A stretch of DNA of 64,000 nt from an uncultured Verrucomicrobiae bacterium. GTDB taxonomy: Bacteria; Verrucomicrobiota; Verrucomicrobiia; Limisphaerales; Palsa-1400. The stretch's first letter is position 1. Every line of letters starts with the position of its first letter. Below, in pieces: positions 9,869 to 19,336 of this stretch. The notes below the pieces were generated by a model. That model made no database searches. It had not been told where the DNA came from and saw only the letters and a program-made list of their open reading frames with translations. A program made the position numbers and the translations under genes. The DNA is taken from positions 1,696,001 to 1,760,000 of the forward strand of contig CAVXRD010000002.1 of the NCBI GenBank assembly GCA_963764165.1, in the 5' to 3' direction.

Positions 9869-10342
9869 ATGAAATTGAGCACGAAACTGAGCATCGAGGA
9901 ATGTAGAAATCGAATCATAAAGGCAGCCGAGCCACCGCAGTTCATCCTGGGCGAATTCAGGGGTAATTCGTTCCGATTGCGCACCAGGAAGTTTTACATG
10001 AACTCGTTTGCGCCGCTCTTTTACGGAAAATTCTCCGGGCGCGCCGGGGGCTCCACACTGGAAGGAGAGTTCCGCATGCACACGCTGGTGCGGCTGTTCA
10101 TGGTCTTTTGGTATTCCTTCCTGGCGCTTTTTGCCGTCGCGTTAGTGGTTGTTCCAGCGCGGATTCCCCTCTACCGGGAGAGAGATCGTTGGATGCTGCT
10201 GGCCGCACTGGGCGGGCTGGCCTTGTTTGGGTTCCTTTTCATCACCATCGGCAGGTGGCTGGCGCGAGATGAAAAAACCGTCATCCACAACTTCCTAAAG
10301 ACCACGCTGGAAGCCGAGGACGAGCCGGGCGCGAAAACCTAA
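9869..10342 (+). CDS. Hypothetical membrane protein (2 TM helices)
   Basis: ORF with ATG at 9869 and two hydrophobic segments. Confidence 0.6.
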   Translation: MKLSTKLSIEECRNRIIKAAEPPQFILGEFRGNSFRLRTRKFYMNSFAPLFYGKFSGRAGGSTLEGEFRMHTLVRLFMVFWYSFLALFAVALVVVPARIPLYRERDRWMLLAALGGLALFGFLFITIGRWLARDEKTVIHNFLKTTLEAEDEPGAKT

Positions 10343-10409
10343 AAGAAACTTCCCACCGCTTTCGTGCGGTGGTAAGAATGAGAGGATACGCCCCGGCCGG
10401 CGCAAGGAA

Positions 10410-12410
10410 ATGGCTACAAAAACAATCAATCTTTTGCTTGTCGAGGACGACCTCGACGATCTGCATTTTTTGCGGATGATGCTGCAGAAGGCGACTGGCG
10501 TCCGTTTCCAGCTTGAGCCGGCCAAAAACCTCACCGAAGCGCTCGCCCGCCTGGCCAAGGGAGGCATCGAGGTAATTCTGCTCGATTTGAAACTGCCGGA
10601 AACCACCGGCATGGATACGTTCCAAGCCGTCAAGGAACGCGCCCACGAAGTCCCGATCATTGTCCTCAGCGGCTTCGACGACGAATCCTTGGCGCTCTCG
10701 GCCGTCCATGCGGGCGCGGAGGATTACCTGGTCAAGGGGCGGGTGGACAGCCAATTGCTGACACGCGCGGTCGTTTACGCCATTGAGCGCAGCGAATCGC
10801 GCAAGGCGCTGCTGAAGGCGGAAGAACGTTACCGCGGAATCTTCGAGCACTCGGTGGCCGGCATTTTTCAAACGTCGCCCGAGGGCACCTACTTGGACGT
10901 CAATCCCGCCCTGACCCGCATTTACGGATACAACACCCGCGAGGAAATGATGTCCAAAATCAGCGACATCGCCCGCCTGCTTTACGTGGACCCCACGCGC
11001 CGCTCCGAGTTCATCCGGCAGATGAAAGAGCACGACGTGGTGCAGAATTTCGAGGCCCAGATTTACCGCAAGGACGGCACCATCATTTGGATTTCCGAAA
11101 ACGCCCGCGCCGTCAAGGACGCGCAAGGGAACATCGTTTTCTACGAAGGCATGGTGGAGGACATCACCGCCCGCAAGGAAGCCGAGGAGAAGCTGAAATT
11201 CTCGGAGATGCGTTTTCGCTCCATCTGGCAAAAATCGTTTGAAGGAATGCGTTTGACAGACGAGCACGGGACGATGCTGGCGGTCAACCCGGCCTTTTGC
11301 CAGATCGTCGGCATGCCGCAGGAGGAATTGGTGGGCCGGCCCTACACCGTCATTTACGCGCAAACCGAGGACACGGCGGAAATGATGCAGCGCTACCAAA
11401 AGCGCTTCGCGGAGAGAAAGATTGAAACGCTCCTCGAGCGCCACGTTTCTTTCCGGTCCGGCAAAGTGGTGGATGTTGAACTTTCCAATTCCTACGTCGA
11501 AATGGAGGAAGGGCGCTCCTTGCTGCTGAGCCTCGTGCGCGACGTGACCCTGCGCAAGCAGGCCGAGGAGCGCGAGCGCAAGGCGGCGGCGGAGCTGGCC
11601 CGCAGCCAGGCGGAATTGCGCAAGAAAAACATCATTCTCGAAGACGATTTAAAAATGGCGCGGGACATCCAGGAAGCCATCCTGCCGCAGCAGTACCCCA
11701 CCTTTCCGCCGGGCGCGGACAGCGAATCGAGCCTCTTGAAATTTTGCCACCGCTACCATCCGAGTGGACAGGTGGGCGGCGATTTCTTCAATGTCCTCGC
11801 GCTTTCGGATACGCAGGCGGGATTATTTTTGTGCGACGTCATGGGGCACGGCGTGCGTTCCGCGCTGGTCACCGCCATGGTGCGCGGCTTGGTTGAGGAA
11901 TTGCGCCCGATGGCCCTCGATCCGGGCCAATTGTTGACACGTCTCAATTCCGACCTTCGCGCCATTCTGCAGCAAACCGGCAGCCCCCTTTTCACCACGG
12001 CGTTCTACCTGGTGGCGGATCTGGCCCGGCGCCAGATTTTTTTCGCCAATGCCGGGCACCCGAAGCCTTTTCTGGTGCATCGGCCCAGCGGCGAGGTCGA
12101 GGTGCTCAAGTACGAAAACGGCAAGGCCCGCCCGGCCCTCGGACTTTTTGCCAACTCCACCTATCCGACCGTCTCCGCTCCGCTCCTGCCTGGCGACATG
12201 CTGATGCTGTTCACGGACGGACTTTACGAAGTGGAAGGCCCGGGCGACCAACCCTACAGCCAGGAACTTCTGCTTGACGCAGTCCGCCGCCATTCTTCGA
12301 TGAAGTGTCCCGACATGTTCGCGGCCATCCTGGCGGAAATTCAGCAATTTACCGGCAGCCAGGAATTCTCCGATGACGTCTGCCTGGTCGGGATGGAAGT
12401 GGCCGGATAG
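10410..12410 (+). CDS. REC-PAS-PAS-SpoIIE (PP2C, RsbU-like) signalling phosphatase
   Basis: Receiver domain (VEDD, LLDLKLP), two PAS domains, GGDFF, DVMGHG, FTDG, DDV. Confidence 0.9.
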   Translation: MATKTINLLLVEDDLDDLHFLRMMLQKATGVRFQLEPAKNLTEALARLAKGGIEVILLDLKLPETTGMDTFQAVKERAHEVPIIVLSGFDDESLALSAVHAGAEDYLVKGRVDSQLLTRAVVYAIERSESRKALLKAEERYRGIFEHSVAGIFQTSPEGTYLDVNPALTRIYGYNTREEMMSKISDIARLLYVDPTRRSEFIRQMKEHDVVQNFEAQIYRKDGTIIWISENARAVKDAQGNIVFYEGMVEDITARKEAEEKLKFSEMRFRSIWQKSFEGMRLTDEHGTMLAVNPAFCQIVGMPQEELVGRPYTVIYAQTEDTAEMMQRYQKRFAERKIETLLERHVSFRSGKVVDVELSNSYVEMEEGRSLLLSLVRDVTLRKQAEERERKAAAELARSQAELRKKNIILEDDLKMARDIQEAILPQQYPTFPPGADSESSLLKFCHRYHPSGQVGGDFFNVLALSDTQAGLFLCDVMGHGVRSALVTAMVRGLVEELRPMALDPGQLLTRLNSDLRAILQQTGSPLFTTAFYLVADLARRQIFFANAGHPKPFLVHRPSGEVEVLKYENGKARPALGLFANSTYPTVSAPLLPGDMLMLFTDGLYEVEGPGDQPYSQELLLDAVRRHSSMKCPDMFAAILAEIQQFTGSQEFSDDVCLVGMEVAG

Positions 12411-12528
12411 TTCTCGCGCCATTATAGAGACTGCGGGCCACGATTTTGAGCAGAGCCCATTAGAATCCTTTTGCATTGGTTTTCGAGAGAGAAGAGTTTA
12501 TTTTGCAGTCAATCAAGGGAAGCCTTTT

Positions 12529-12735
12529 ATGAAAGCTGTGGCAAAGATATTAGTTATCACCATTGGATTGCCGTTGATAACCACGGGCTGCGCTTATTTC
12601 CGGCCACCAGACGTTGACCCGCATTTAGCGGATATGCAAAAAGCTCAGCAGGAGGGAATTGCCCAATCTGGAAACGGATTGTCTTCGTTGATTGAAGGGC
12701 TCTGGACGCTTCCTAATGGGATAAGGATACATTAA
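12529..12735 (+). CDS. Small putative lipoprotein
   Basis: MKAVAKILVITIGLPLITTGC signal peptide/lipobox; lower-GC segment. Confidence 0.5.
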   Translation: MKAVAKILVITIGLPLITTGCAYFRPPDVDPHLADMQKAQQEGIAQSGNGLSSLIEGLWTLPNGIRIH

Positions 12736-12813
12736 CACGGTGCGGCGTTAAGTCTTCGTCTCCACGGCACCCGATTTTGTGGCAATTTTGCTTCTGCCGC
12801 GTTAGCCTTCGTC

Positions 12814-14271
12814 ATGCGACGCATTGCTTCGATGCTTTTCGTAGGTTGGCTGGGCCTCGTGTCTTTTTCGAGCCTGGCGCAGGTGCCGAATCCACCGGCG
12901 CAGCGGTCGTCCGATTTAGCCACGCCGACGCAGTTTAAGGGTGACTTGACGCCCGGCCGCGTGCTCCAACAGTCCACCGATTTGCTTGAGCAGACCAATA
13001 TCTTCCCAGCGAAACGTCCGCCGACAGCACCCGACCCTGCAATCCAACGGATTGTCTCGGAAATTTCTGAGGAGCGCGTGGCGGCCATCATGCGGCGGCT
13101 GGGCGAATTTGGGACGCGCAATACCGCTTCGGATCCGTCCCAAACCAATCGCGGCGTTGGCGCGGCGCGGCAATGGATCTTCGACCAGTTTCAAAGTTAC
13201 AGCCCGCGCTTGAAAGTTAGTTTTGACACTTACACCATCCCGAAAACCAACCGCCTCTACAAACCGACGGAGCTTCGAAACGTGCTGGCCATCCTTCCCG
13301 GCGCCGCGCCCGACGCTTCGAATCGATGGATTCTGGTTTCCGGCCATTACGATTCCATCAATTTCAAAGACGCGACTGGTTTGCAGCCCGCCGAGGCCGC
13401 GGAATTGCCCGCCCCCGGCGTCAGCGATGACGCCAGCGGCACGGCTTGCGCCATGGAGTGCGCGCGGGTGCTGAGTCAATACGAATTCAAGGCGACCCTG
13501 GTTTTCGTGGCCTTTGCGGGCGAGGAGCAGGGGCTTTATGGCTCGCAATCGCTGGCCCGCCGGTTGCGCGCGGAAGGCCAGGGCGTCGAGGCCATTTTGA
13601 ACAACGACATTATCGGCACCGAACTTGGGGGAGCGGGAGCGAACGACAAGAATCGCGTGCTGGTGTTTTCCGAAGACCCGAACGATTCCCCTTCACGGCA
13701 ACTGGCGCGCTTCGTCCATGCGACGGCGGGGAAATATTGTCCGGGCATGATGGCGGAAATGATCTTTCGCTACGACCGCTTTGGCCGTGGCGGCGATCAC
13801 ATACCGTTCAATCAGCAGGGTTACGCCGGCGTGCGATTCACGACGCCGAATGAGAATTATTCGCAGCAGCATTCCGCGCTCGACACCTTTTCCAACGCTT
13901 CACCCGCCTACGCCACGCGCGTGGTTCGCATCAACGCCGCTGCTGCCGCCGCTTTGGCTTGGGCGCCCGCGCCGCCGATCACGTCCGGAGGCGGTGGCGG
14001 GTCAACGAACCGTCCGGGATTGTCGCGCGGCGCGGGTTACGATGCGGAACTCCGCTGGAGCGAGCCGCCCGGCCAAACGAACATCGCCGGCTTCGTGGTG
14101 GTGACGCGCTCCACGACATCGCCCGATTGGGAAAAAGAAATTTGGGTTGGCAACGGGCATCATTATATTTTGCCGTATACGCCGATTGATCAAATTGTCC
14201 TCGGCGTGAAAGCGGTGGATGACGCCGGGCACGAAAGTCCGGTGTCCGCCTACGTGAATCCGCCGCGGTAA
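12814..14271 (+). CDS. Secreted M28 family metallopeptidase with C-terminal Fn3-like domain
   Basis: Signal peptide; GHYDS, DDASG, GEEQG, GDH zinc-ligand motifs. Confidence 0.88.
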   Translation: MRRIASMLFVGWLGLVSFSSLAQVPNPPAQRSSDLATPTQFKGDLTPGRVLQQSTDLLEQTNIFPAKRPPTAPDPAIQRIVSEISEERVAAIMRRLGEFGTRNTASDPSQTNRGVGAARQWIFDQFQSYSPRLKVSFDTYTIPKTNRLYKPTELRNVLAILPGAAPDASNRWILVSGHYDSINFKDATGLQPAEAAELPAPGVSDDASGTACAMECARVLSQYEFKATLVFVAFAGEEQGLYGSQSLARRLRAEGQGVEAILNNDIIGTELGGAGANDKNRVLVFSEDPNDSPSRQLARFVHATAGKYCPGMMAEMIFRYDRFGRGGDHIPFNQQGYAGVRFTTPNENYSQQHSALDTFSNASPAYATRVVRINAAAAAALAWAPAPPITSGGGGGSTNRPGLSRGAGYDAELRWSEPPGQTNIAGFVVVTRSTTSPDWEKEIWVGNGHHYILPYTPIDQIVLGVKAVDDAGHESPVSAYVNPPR

Positions 14272-14374
14272 ATTTTTTTGCGCAAATATTACGGGAAGTT
14301 TTGCCGCAAAAACGATATTTCCCTTGCCAGTCCAAAACCGCGGCCATACGATGGCTCCGTTGTTCAGCAGAACG

Positions 14375-15040
14375 ATGATTGAACTCATCCAGTTTCCGTG
14401 GAGTCCATTCTGCCTCGTGCAGAAACGCATCTTGGATTATTCGGGCGTTCGTTACAAGACCACCAATATCCCAAACCCGGACCGCACACTTGTCTGGCGT
14501 TTGACCCGGCAGCGCTATTACGGCGTTCCCGTCATTCGCGACGGCAAAACGGTGGTTTTCGAGACGGACGATGATTCGCAAATTATTGCGAAATATATCG
14601 ATGGCAAATATCAGCTTGGGCTTTTTCCCAGGGAATTTCGCGGAGTGGATCGCATCCTCTGGAAGTTCATCGAGGACCAGATTGAAGGCGCGTGTTTCCG
14701 GCTCAATGACATCCATTGGAAGGAACTGGTTCCGAAGTCGGACCAGATGGCGTTTATCCGCCACAAGGAGCGGAAATTCGGGCGCGGCTGCCTGGATCAA
14801 TGGCGCGCGCAGGAAGATCATTGGCTGGCGGAGCTGATCCAAAAGCTGGTGCCGTTCGAATGCATGCTCGCTGACCGCCCGTTTCTGCTGAAATCAGAGC
14901 CGCACTTTATTGATTTCGATCTTTGGGGAATGCTCTCATGCTTTCTCTATTCAGGCCACTACGAGATGCCGGCTGTTCACACTTGCTTGGTGGAGTGGCA
15001 CAGGCGCATGTCGAAATTAAAGAAAACGAGACGTCCCTAG
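14375..15040 (+). CDS. Glutathione S-transferase family protein
   Basis: WSPFC, GVPV, DSQIIAKYID; C-terminal helical domain. Confidence 0.8.
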   Translation: MIELIQFPWSPFCLVQKRILDYSGVRYKTTNIPNPDRTLVWRLTRQRYYGVPVIRDGKTVVFETDDDSQIIAKYIDGKYQLGLFPREFRGVDRILWKFIEDQIEGACFRLNDIHWKELVPKSDQMAFIRHKERKFGRGCLDQWRAQEDHWLAELIQKLVPFECMLADRPFLLKSEPHFIDFDLWGMLSCFLYSGHYEMPAVHTCLVEWHRRMSKLKKTRRP

Positions 15041-16353
15041 TGAAAAATTACATACTTGACACAAATGTCCTGCTGCACGACCCGAATTCCATCCAGGCCT
15101 TCAAAGGCAACAATGTCCTGATTCCCATCGAGGTGATCGAGGAAATCGATCGCTTCAAGCGCGAGTCCTCCGAGCTGGGCCAGAATGCCCGCACGGTTTC
15201 GCGCGCCTTGGACTCTCTCCGGGGCAAAGGCCATTTGAACAAAGGCGTGAAGCTCGAAAACGGCGGGATGCTTCGGATCATTTTCCACGAGCACAACGGG
15301 AACGGCGGCAACGGCTCGCCCTTCGGCAACAATACGGTTGACAGCCGCATCGTCGGGCTCGCCCTCGGCGTGTCCAAAGCCGAACCCAAAATGCCGGCCA
15401 TCCTCGTCACCAAAGACATCAATCTCCGCATCAAGGCCGACACGCTCGGCTTGGCGGCGGAGGATTATGAAACGGATCGCGTCTTGTTGACGGAACTTTA
15501 CACAGGAATGATTGAATTGACCGTGTCGCCGGAAAAAATGTCCCGCTTCCGCGCCGATGGCGAATTTGATTTGAACGGTTACGGCACGTATTTCCCCAAT
15601 GAATATTGCACGCTGACGGAGGAGACAAACACGAAGCGCACGGCGCTTGGCAAAGTCGACGCCACCGGCAAAAAGCTGGTGCCGATCCTGGATTGCAAGG
15701 AAGGCGTGTGGGGCATCAAGCCGCGCAATCGCGAGCAGCACTTTGCCTTCGACGCCCTGCTCGACGACCGCATTAAATTGGTCACGCTGATGGGCAAAGC
15801 CGGCACTGGCAAGACGCTGATGGCAATGGCGGCTGGCTTGAAGCGCACCGTCCTTGACCGCGAATTCCGCCGCCTGGTGGTGGCGCGCCCGACTGTTTCG
15901 ATGGGCCGCGAACTCGGATTTCTCCCCGGCTCGCTCGAGGAAAAACTGAACCCGTGGATGCAGCCGATTCATGATGCCCTGGAGCTGCTGAGCGATTTGA
16001 ACATGGGCACGGATCATCGCCGCAGCGCGGATTTGATGCGCTCGGGAAACTTGGTGGTCGAGGCGCTGAGCTACATTCGCGGCCGCAGCATCGCGCACCA
16101 ATTCATGGTCATCGACGAGGCGCAGAACCTCACCCCCATTGAGGTCAAGACGATCATCACCCGCGTCGGACAGGGGACAAAAATTATCTTTACAGGCGAT
16201 CCGTATCAAATCGACAATCCGTACGTCGATTCCTCATCGAACGGCTTCAATTACATCATCAGCAAATTCCGCGACCAGCCGATTGCGGCGCATATTGAAT
16301 TGCAAAAGGGCGAACGCTCGGAGCTGGCGGAACTGGCGGCGAATATTTTGTAG
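15040..16353 (+). CDS. PhoH2-type PIN + PhoH ATPase protein
   Basis: ILDTNVLLHD (PIN), GKAGTGKT, LGFLPG, YIRGRS, IDEAQN, GDPYQID, ERS. Confidence 0.92.
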   Translation: MKNYILDTNVLLHDPNSIQAFKGNNVLIPIEVIEEIDRFKRESSELGQNARTVSRALDSLRGKGHLNKGVKLENGGMLRIIFHEHNGNGGNGSPFGNNTVDSRIVGLALGVSKAEPKMPAILVTKDINLRIKADTLGLAAEDYETDRVLLTELYTGMIELTVSPEKMSRFRADGEFDLNGYGTYFPNEYCTLTEETNTKRTALGKVDATGKKLVPILDCKEGVWGIKPRNREQHFAFDALLDDRIKLVTLMGKAGTGKTLMAMAAGLKRTVLDREFRRLVVARPTVSMGRELGFLPGSLEEKLNPWMQPIHDALELLSDLNMGTDHRRSADLMRSGNLVVEALSYIRGRSIAHQFMVIDEAQNLTPIEVKTIITRVGQGTKIIFTGDPYQIDNPYVDSSSNGFNYIISKFRDQPIAAHIELQKGERSELAELAANIL

Positions 16354-16359
16354 GCGCAA

Positions 16360-16563
16360 TTATTTCGCCGCTTCCCAATCTTCCCCGGCGACGGGCGCAA
16401 ACGGTTGTTCATGCTTCAAGACAGACCCCTCTAGGGATTGCTTCGCAACCGGCCTCGCGGATGAAACAAACACACGAACCGCCTCCCCTTCGGAAAACGG
16501 CACATGATCCAGGTAAAGCTTGCCATCTTTTTCAACGACGGTTTCCGCATGAAAGATTCGCAT
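16360..16563 (-). CDS. Small antitoxin-like hypothetical protein
   Basis: 67 aa; beta-rich N-terminus and a 'PFAPVAGEDWEA' tail; sits in the TA cluster. Confidence 0.55.
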   Translation of the reverse strand: MRIFHAETVVEKDGKLYLDHVPFSEGEAVRVFVSSARPVAKQSLEGSVLKHEQPFAPVAGEDWEAAK

Positions 16564-16604
16564 GACACAGAGATGCTAGGCCACGTTCTTTGGATCAATT
16601 GCTT

Positions 16605-16865
16605 TCATTTGCTTCGCTGATAGCCCTCTGGCAGCCGATCCCAGTCCGGGGGCTCCGTCCCTGAAACCTGAGCCAAAAACTCGTCCAAGCCTTTGCCGGT
16701 CGCGCGGGCAGCCCGCTCTTCCAGAAGCGGCTCCGCAAGCAATCGCGACAGGCTTTGGCTTAGGGCAATGGTCACCAGCGCGTCCATCGAGATATTCTTT
16801 GAAGCGGCCACCTCGCGGGCCTTTGCATGCAGATTGTCCGGCAGATCTACAGTTAATGCGGTCAT
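16605..16865 (-). CDS. Ribbon-helix-helix antitoxin
   Basis: MTALTVDLPDNLHAKAREVAASKNISMDAL; starts 1 nt after the PIN gene stop. Confidence 0.8.
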   Translation of the reverse strand: MTALTVDLPDNLHAKAREVAASKNISMDALVTIALSQSLSRLLAEPLLEERAARATGKGLDEFLAQVSGTEPPDWDRLPEGYQRSK

Positions 16866-16866
16866 A

Positions 16867-17286
16867 TTAAAGGATTCTCAAAAACTCGCCCGGCGTTAAC
16901 ACCCCCACGCCGAATCGTCCAGCTTCCCTGAAGTCACCCCCGTTATGCGTTACAATGTAGCTCGAAGCCGACGCCAAGGCCAGTTCCAAAATCAACTCAT
17001 CGTCTGGATCAGCCAAAAAGGGACGAATCAGATAGAAGATCGCGTGGCGATTGGCGCCGGCTGCCAAGTCATCAAGAGCCCTGTCCACCGCCGTCAGCGA
17101 GCGCCCTTGGCGATGCTGTTCGCGCTTGAGCACGGCTTCGTACTCGACGAGCAAGGCGGTGGAAATGTTCCATTGCCAACGGGAGTCCCTGACCGAGAAC
17201 AATCGCAGAATTTCGAACGAAGCGCCCGCATTGGACCTCGCGGCGGCGACCAGCACATTGGTATCAATGACGACTTGAATGGGCAT
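16867..17286 (-). CDS. PIN-domain (VapC-like) toxin
   Basis: VVIDTNVLV, EYE, DPDDE, IVTHN..DF. Confidence 0.88.
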   Translation of the reverse strand: MPIQVVIDTNVLVAAARSNAGASFEILRLFSVRDSRWQWNISTALLVEYEAVLKREQHRQGRSLTAVDRALDDLAAGANRHAIFYLIRPFLADPDDELILELALASASSYIVTHNGGDFREAGRFGVGVLTPGEFLRIL

Positions 17287-17477
17287 TGCAATTGTGCGGC
17301 ACGATATGCGGGCAGCCTTGTTTCAACCAGATTTTTCCGGCCAAATCAACCTCGATGGGGCCGCGCGGCTCATCCTGCCATAGCCTTGCGCGACGGCGGA
17401 ACCTGAGCGCGCAGAAGCAACCGACTCGGCCAGCGTGCCCGGTGGATTTTGGGCGCGGCGGACTGCGGCGAGTATTG

Positions 17478-17547
17478 TACGCAGCTCTCAATTCAGCGCC
17501 TGGCGAATAACATGGCGCAAATCGTGGCGGGCTAAGTGAGTAATGCC
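17478..17547 (-). pseudogene. Decayed tyrosine recombinase/integrase fragment (box II)
   Basis: Minus strand reads GITHLARHDLRH, then a +1 frameshift at 17511, then LFARR*IESCV. Confidence 0.6.
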
Positions 17548-17743
17548 AGCCCTTTTCCCCTTCCATGCCCTCTTGCCGCCGGGCTGCGGCGAGGGAAGCA
17601 GCGAGACGCGTCTGGTTTTTTGACTGCAATAGTTGAGGCGTGCCAGATTGCGGCATTAAATCCGCTTGAATTGAAATCGCTCAGACGCCAGCATCGTTTT
17701 GCCGCGAGCGCGCTGGTGCGCCCGCCTGATTGACGAACGAATC

Positions 17744-18112
17744 ATGAAGAAATTTTTAAGCCTGCTATTGCTGTCGGTCGTATTGACTGGCTGCACCACC
17801 ATCTCGAATCTCACTCCCTCTCATTACAAGCGCGATCCATCGGGCTTTTATCGAGTGGAGGCGCAATGGTACAGCGACCGGGAAGCCGTGCGCGCCGGCT
17901 CATTCAAGCCGTTGGTTCTCATAGGGATGACCAATTCCTATCCCATGACGCCGTCTCAAATGGGCGCGGACCGCTGGGAAGCCCTCATCCCCGTTCCGCC
18001 CGATCAAGATACGGTCATCTACCGCTACAAATTTGATTTCCTCGACAACACCCTGCGCGGCCCCATCCCGAATAGCATGATGTCGAAGGATTTCGAGCTG
18101 AAGATCAAGTAA
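17744..18112 (+). CDS. Putative lipoprotein
   Basis: MKKFLSLLLLSVVLTGC lipobox. Confidence 0.75.
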   Translation: MKKFLSLLLLSVVLTGCTTISNLTPSHYKRDPSGFYRVEAQWYSDREAVRAGSFKPLVLIGMTNSYPMTPSQMGADRWEALIPVPPDQDTVIYRYKFDFLDNTLRGPIPNSMMSKDFELKIK

Positions 18113-18178
18113 GCAGGCCATTCCGAAGGAATTGGCGGATCGGCCTCTTTTCAAGTTCCACCAAAATCAGCGCGTATC

Positions 18179-19336
18179 TCACGCCCCGCGCTGTCCAAAC
18201 ACCTCTTCAAACAACCGCACAAAATCCCGCTCTGTAATCGAGCGTGGGTTGAATCCCGCCGTCCATTGCCGGGCTGCTTCGGCGGCGAGCGTGGGAATGG
18301 CGGATTCTTCCACGCCGCAATCCGCCAGAGAACGCGGCATGCCCGCGAGATTCAAGAAACTTTCCACTTTTGCCGCAAGTCCGGAGGATTTGGGTTCGCC
18401 GAGTTCATCATAAAGAGCCGCGAGGGCGGGATCAGCCGCATTAAAACGAATTACCGCCGGCAGCATCAATCCGACAGCCTGTCCGTGGACAATTTTGAAA
18501 TGCGCCGTCAACGGATTCGCCGCGGCGTGCGCCGCGCCGAGCATGCTGCTTTCAATGGCCAGCCCGGCCATGGCCGCGCCGAGAAGCATCCCCGCACGCG
18601 CCTCCAAATCCTTTCCATTCCGCAAGACGGCCGGAAACGATGATTGACAGAGCCGCCACGCTTCGCGCGAATAAGCCAGCGAAAGGGCGTTGCGCTTTTT
18701 GGTGACCGCCGTTTCGAGCGCGTGCGAAATCGCGTCAAGCCCTGTGCAGGCGGCCACGCGGGGCGGCTGGGAAATGGTCAGGGCCGGATCAAGCAGCGCG
18801 ATGCGAGCCGCCGCTTTCGGGTCGCCGCAGGCCATTTTGTTGTGCGTGGCCTCGTCGGCGATCAAGGCGAACGACTGGCATTCGCTTCCCGTTCCGGCGG
18901 TGGTCGGGATGGCGATGAGCGGAAGCATTGGAAGCTTCGCCTTGCCGACGCCCCAGTAATCCTGCATGCGTCCGCCGTTAGTCAATAAGAAATTGCAACC
19001 CTTCGCCGTGTCCATGCTGCTGCCGCCCCCCAATCCGACGATGCCATCAATCGAATTCTCCGTCGCGGCGGCGAGGCAGACGCCGACATCCGCCGTGGTG
19101 GGATTTTCGCGAACTTTGTCAAATAAAACCGTCGCCACCCCCGCCTTTTCCAGTCCGTCGCGCACACGCGCGGCATGTCCGGCGGCGACCACGCCGGGGT
19201 CAGTCACCAGAAGGACACGCTTTAGGCCAAGCTCGCGGGCCAGTTCGCCAGTCCGGTCGACTGAATCGACTCCGAAAATAATCCGGGTGCGCGGATGATG
19301 GTCAAAGCTCGGAACCGTCAGCGGCGAGAGGCTCAT
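18179..19336 (-). CDS. Iron-containing alcohol dehydrogenase
   Basis: GLGGGSSMD, IPTTAGTGSE, DAISHALE, AAHA..HG; its ATG overlaps the ALDH stop. Confidence 0.92.
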   Translation of the reverse strand: MSLSPLTVPSFDHHPRTRIIFGVDSVDRTGELARELGLKRVLLVTDPGVVAAGHAARVRDGLEKAGVATVLFDKVRENPTTADVGVCLAAATENSIDGIVGLGGGSSMDTAKGCNFLLTNGGRMQDYWGVGKAKLPMLPLIAIPTTAGTGSECQSFALIADEATHNKMACGDPKAAARIALLDPALTISQPPRVAACTGLDAISHALETAVTKKRNALSLAYSREAWRLCQSSFPAVLRNGKDLEARAGMLLGAAMAGLAIESSMLGAAHAAANPLTAHFKIVHGQAVGLMLPAVIRFNAADPALAALYDELGEPKSSGLAAKVESFLNLAGMPRSLADCGVEESAIPTLAAEAARQWTAGFNPRSITERDFVRLFEEVFGQRGA

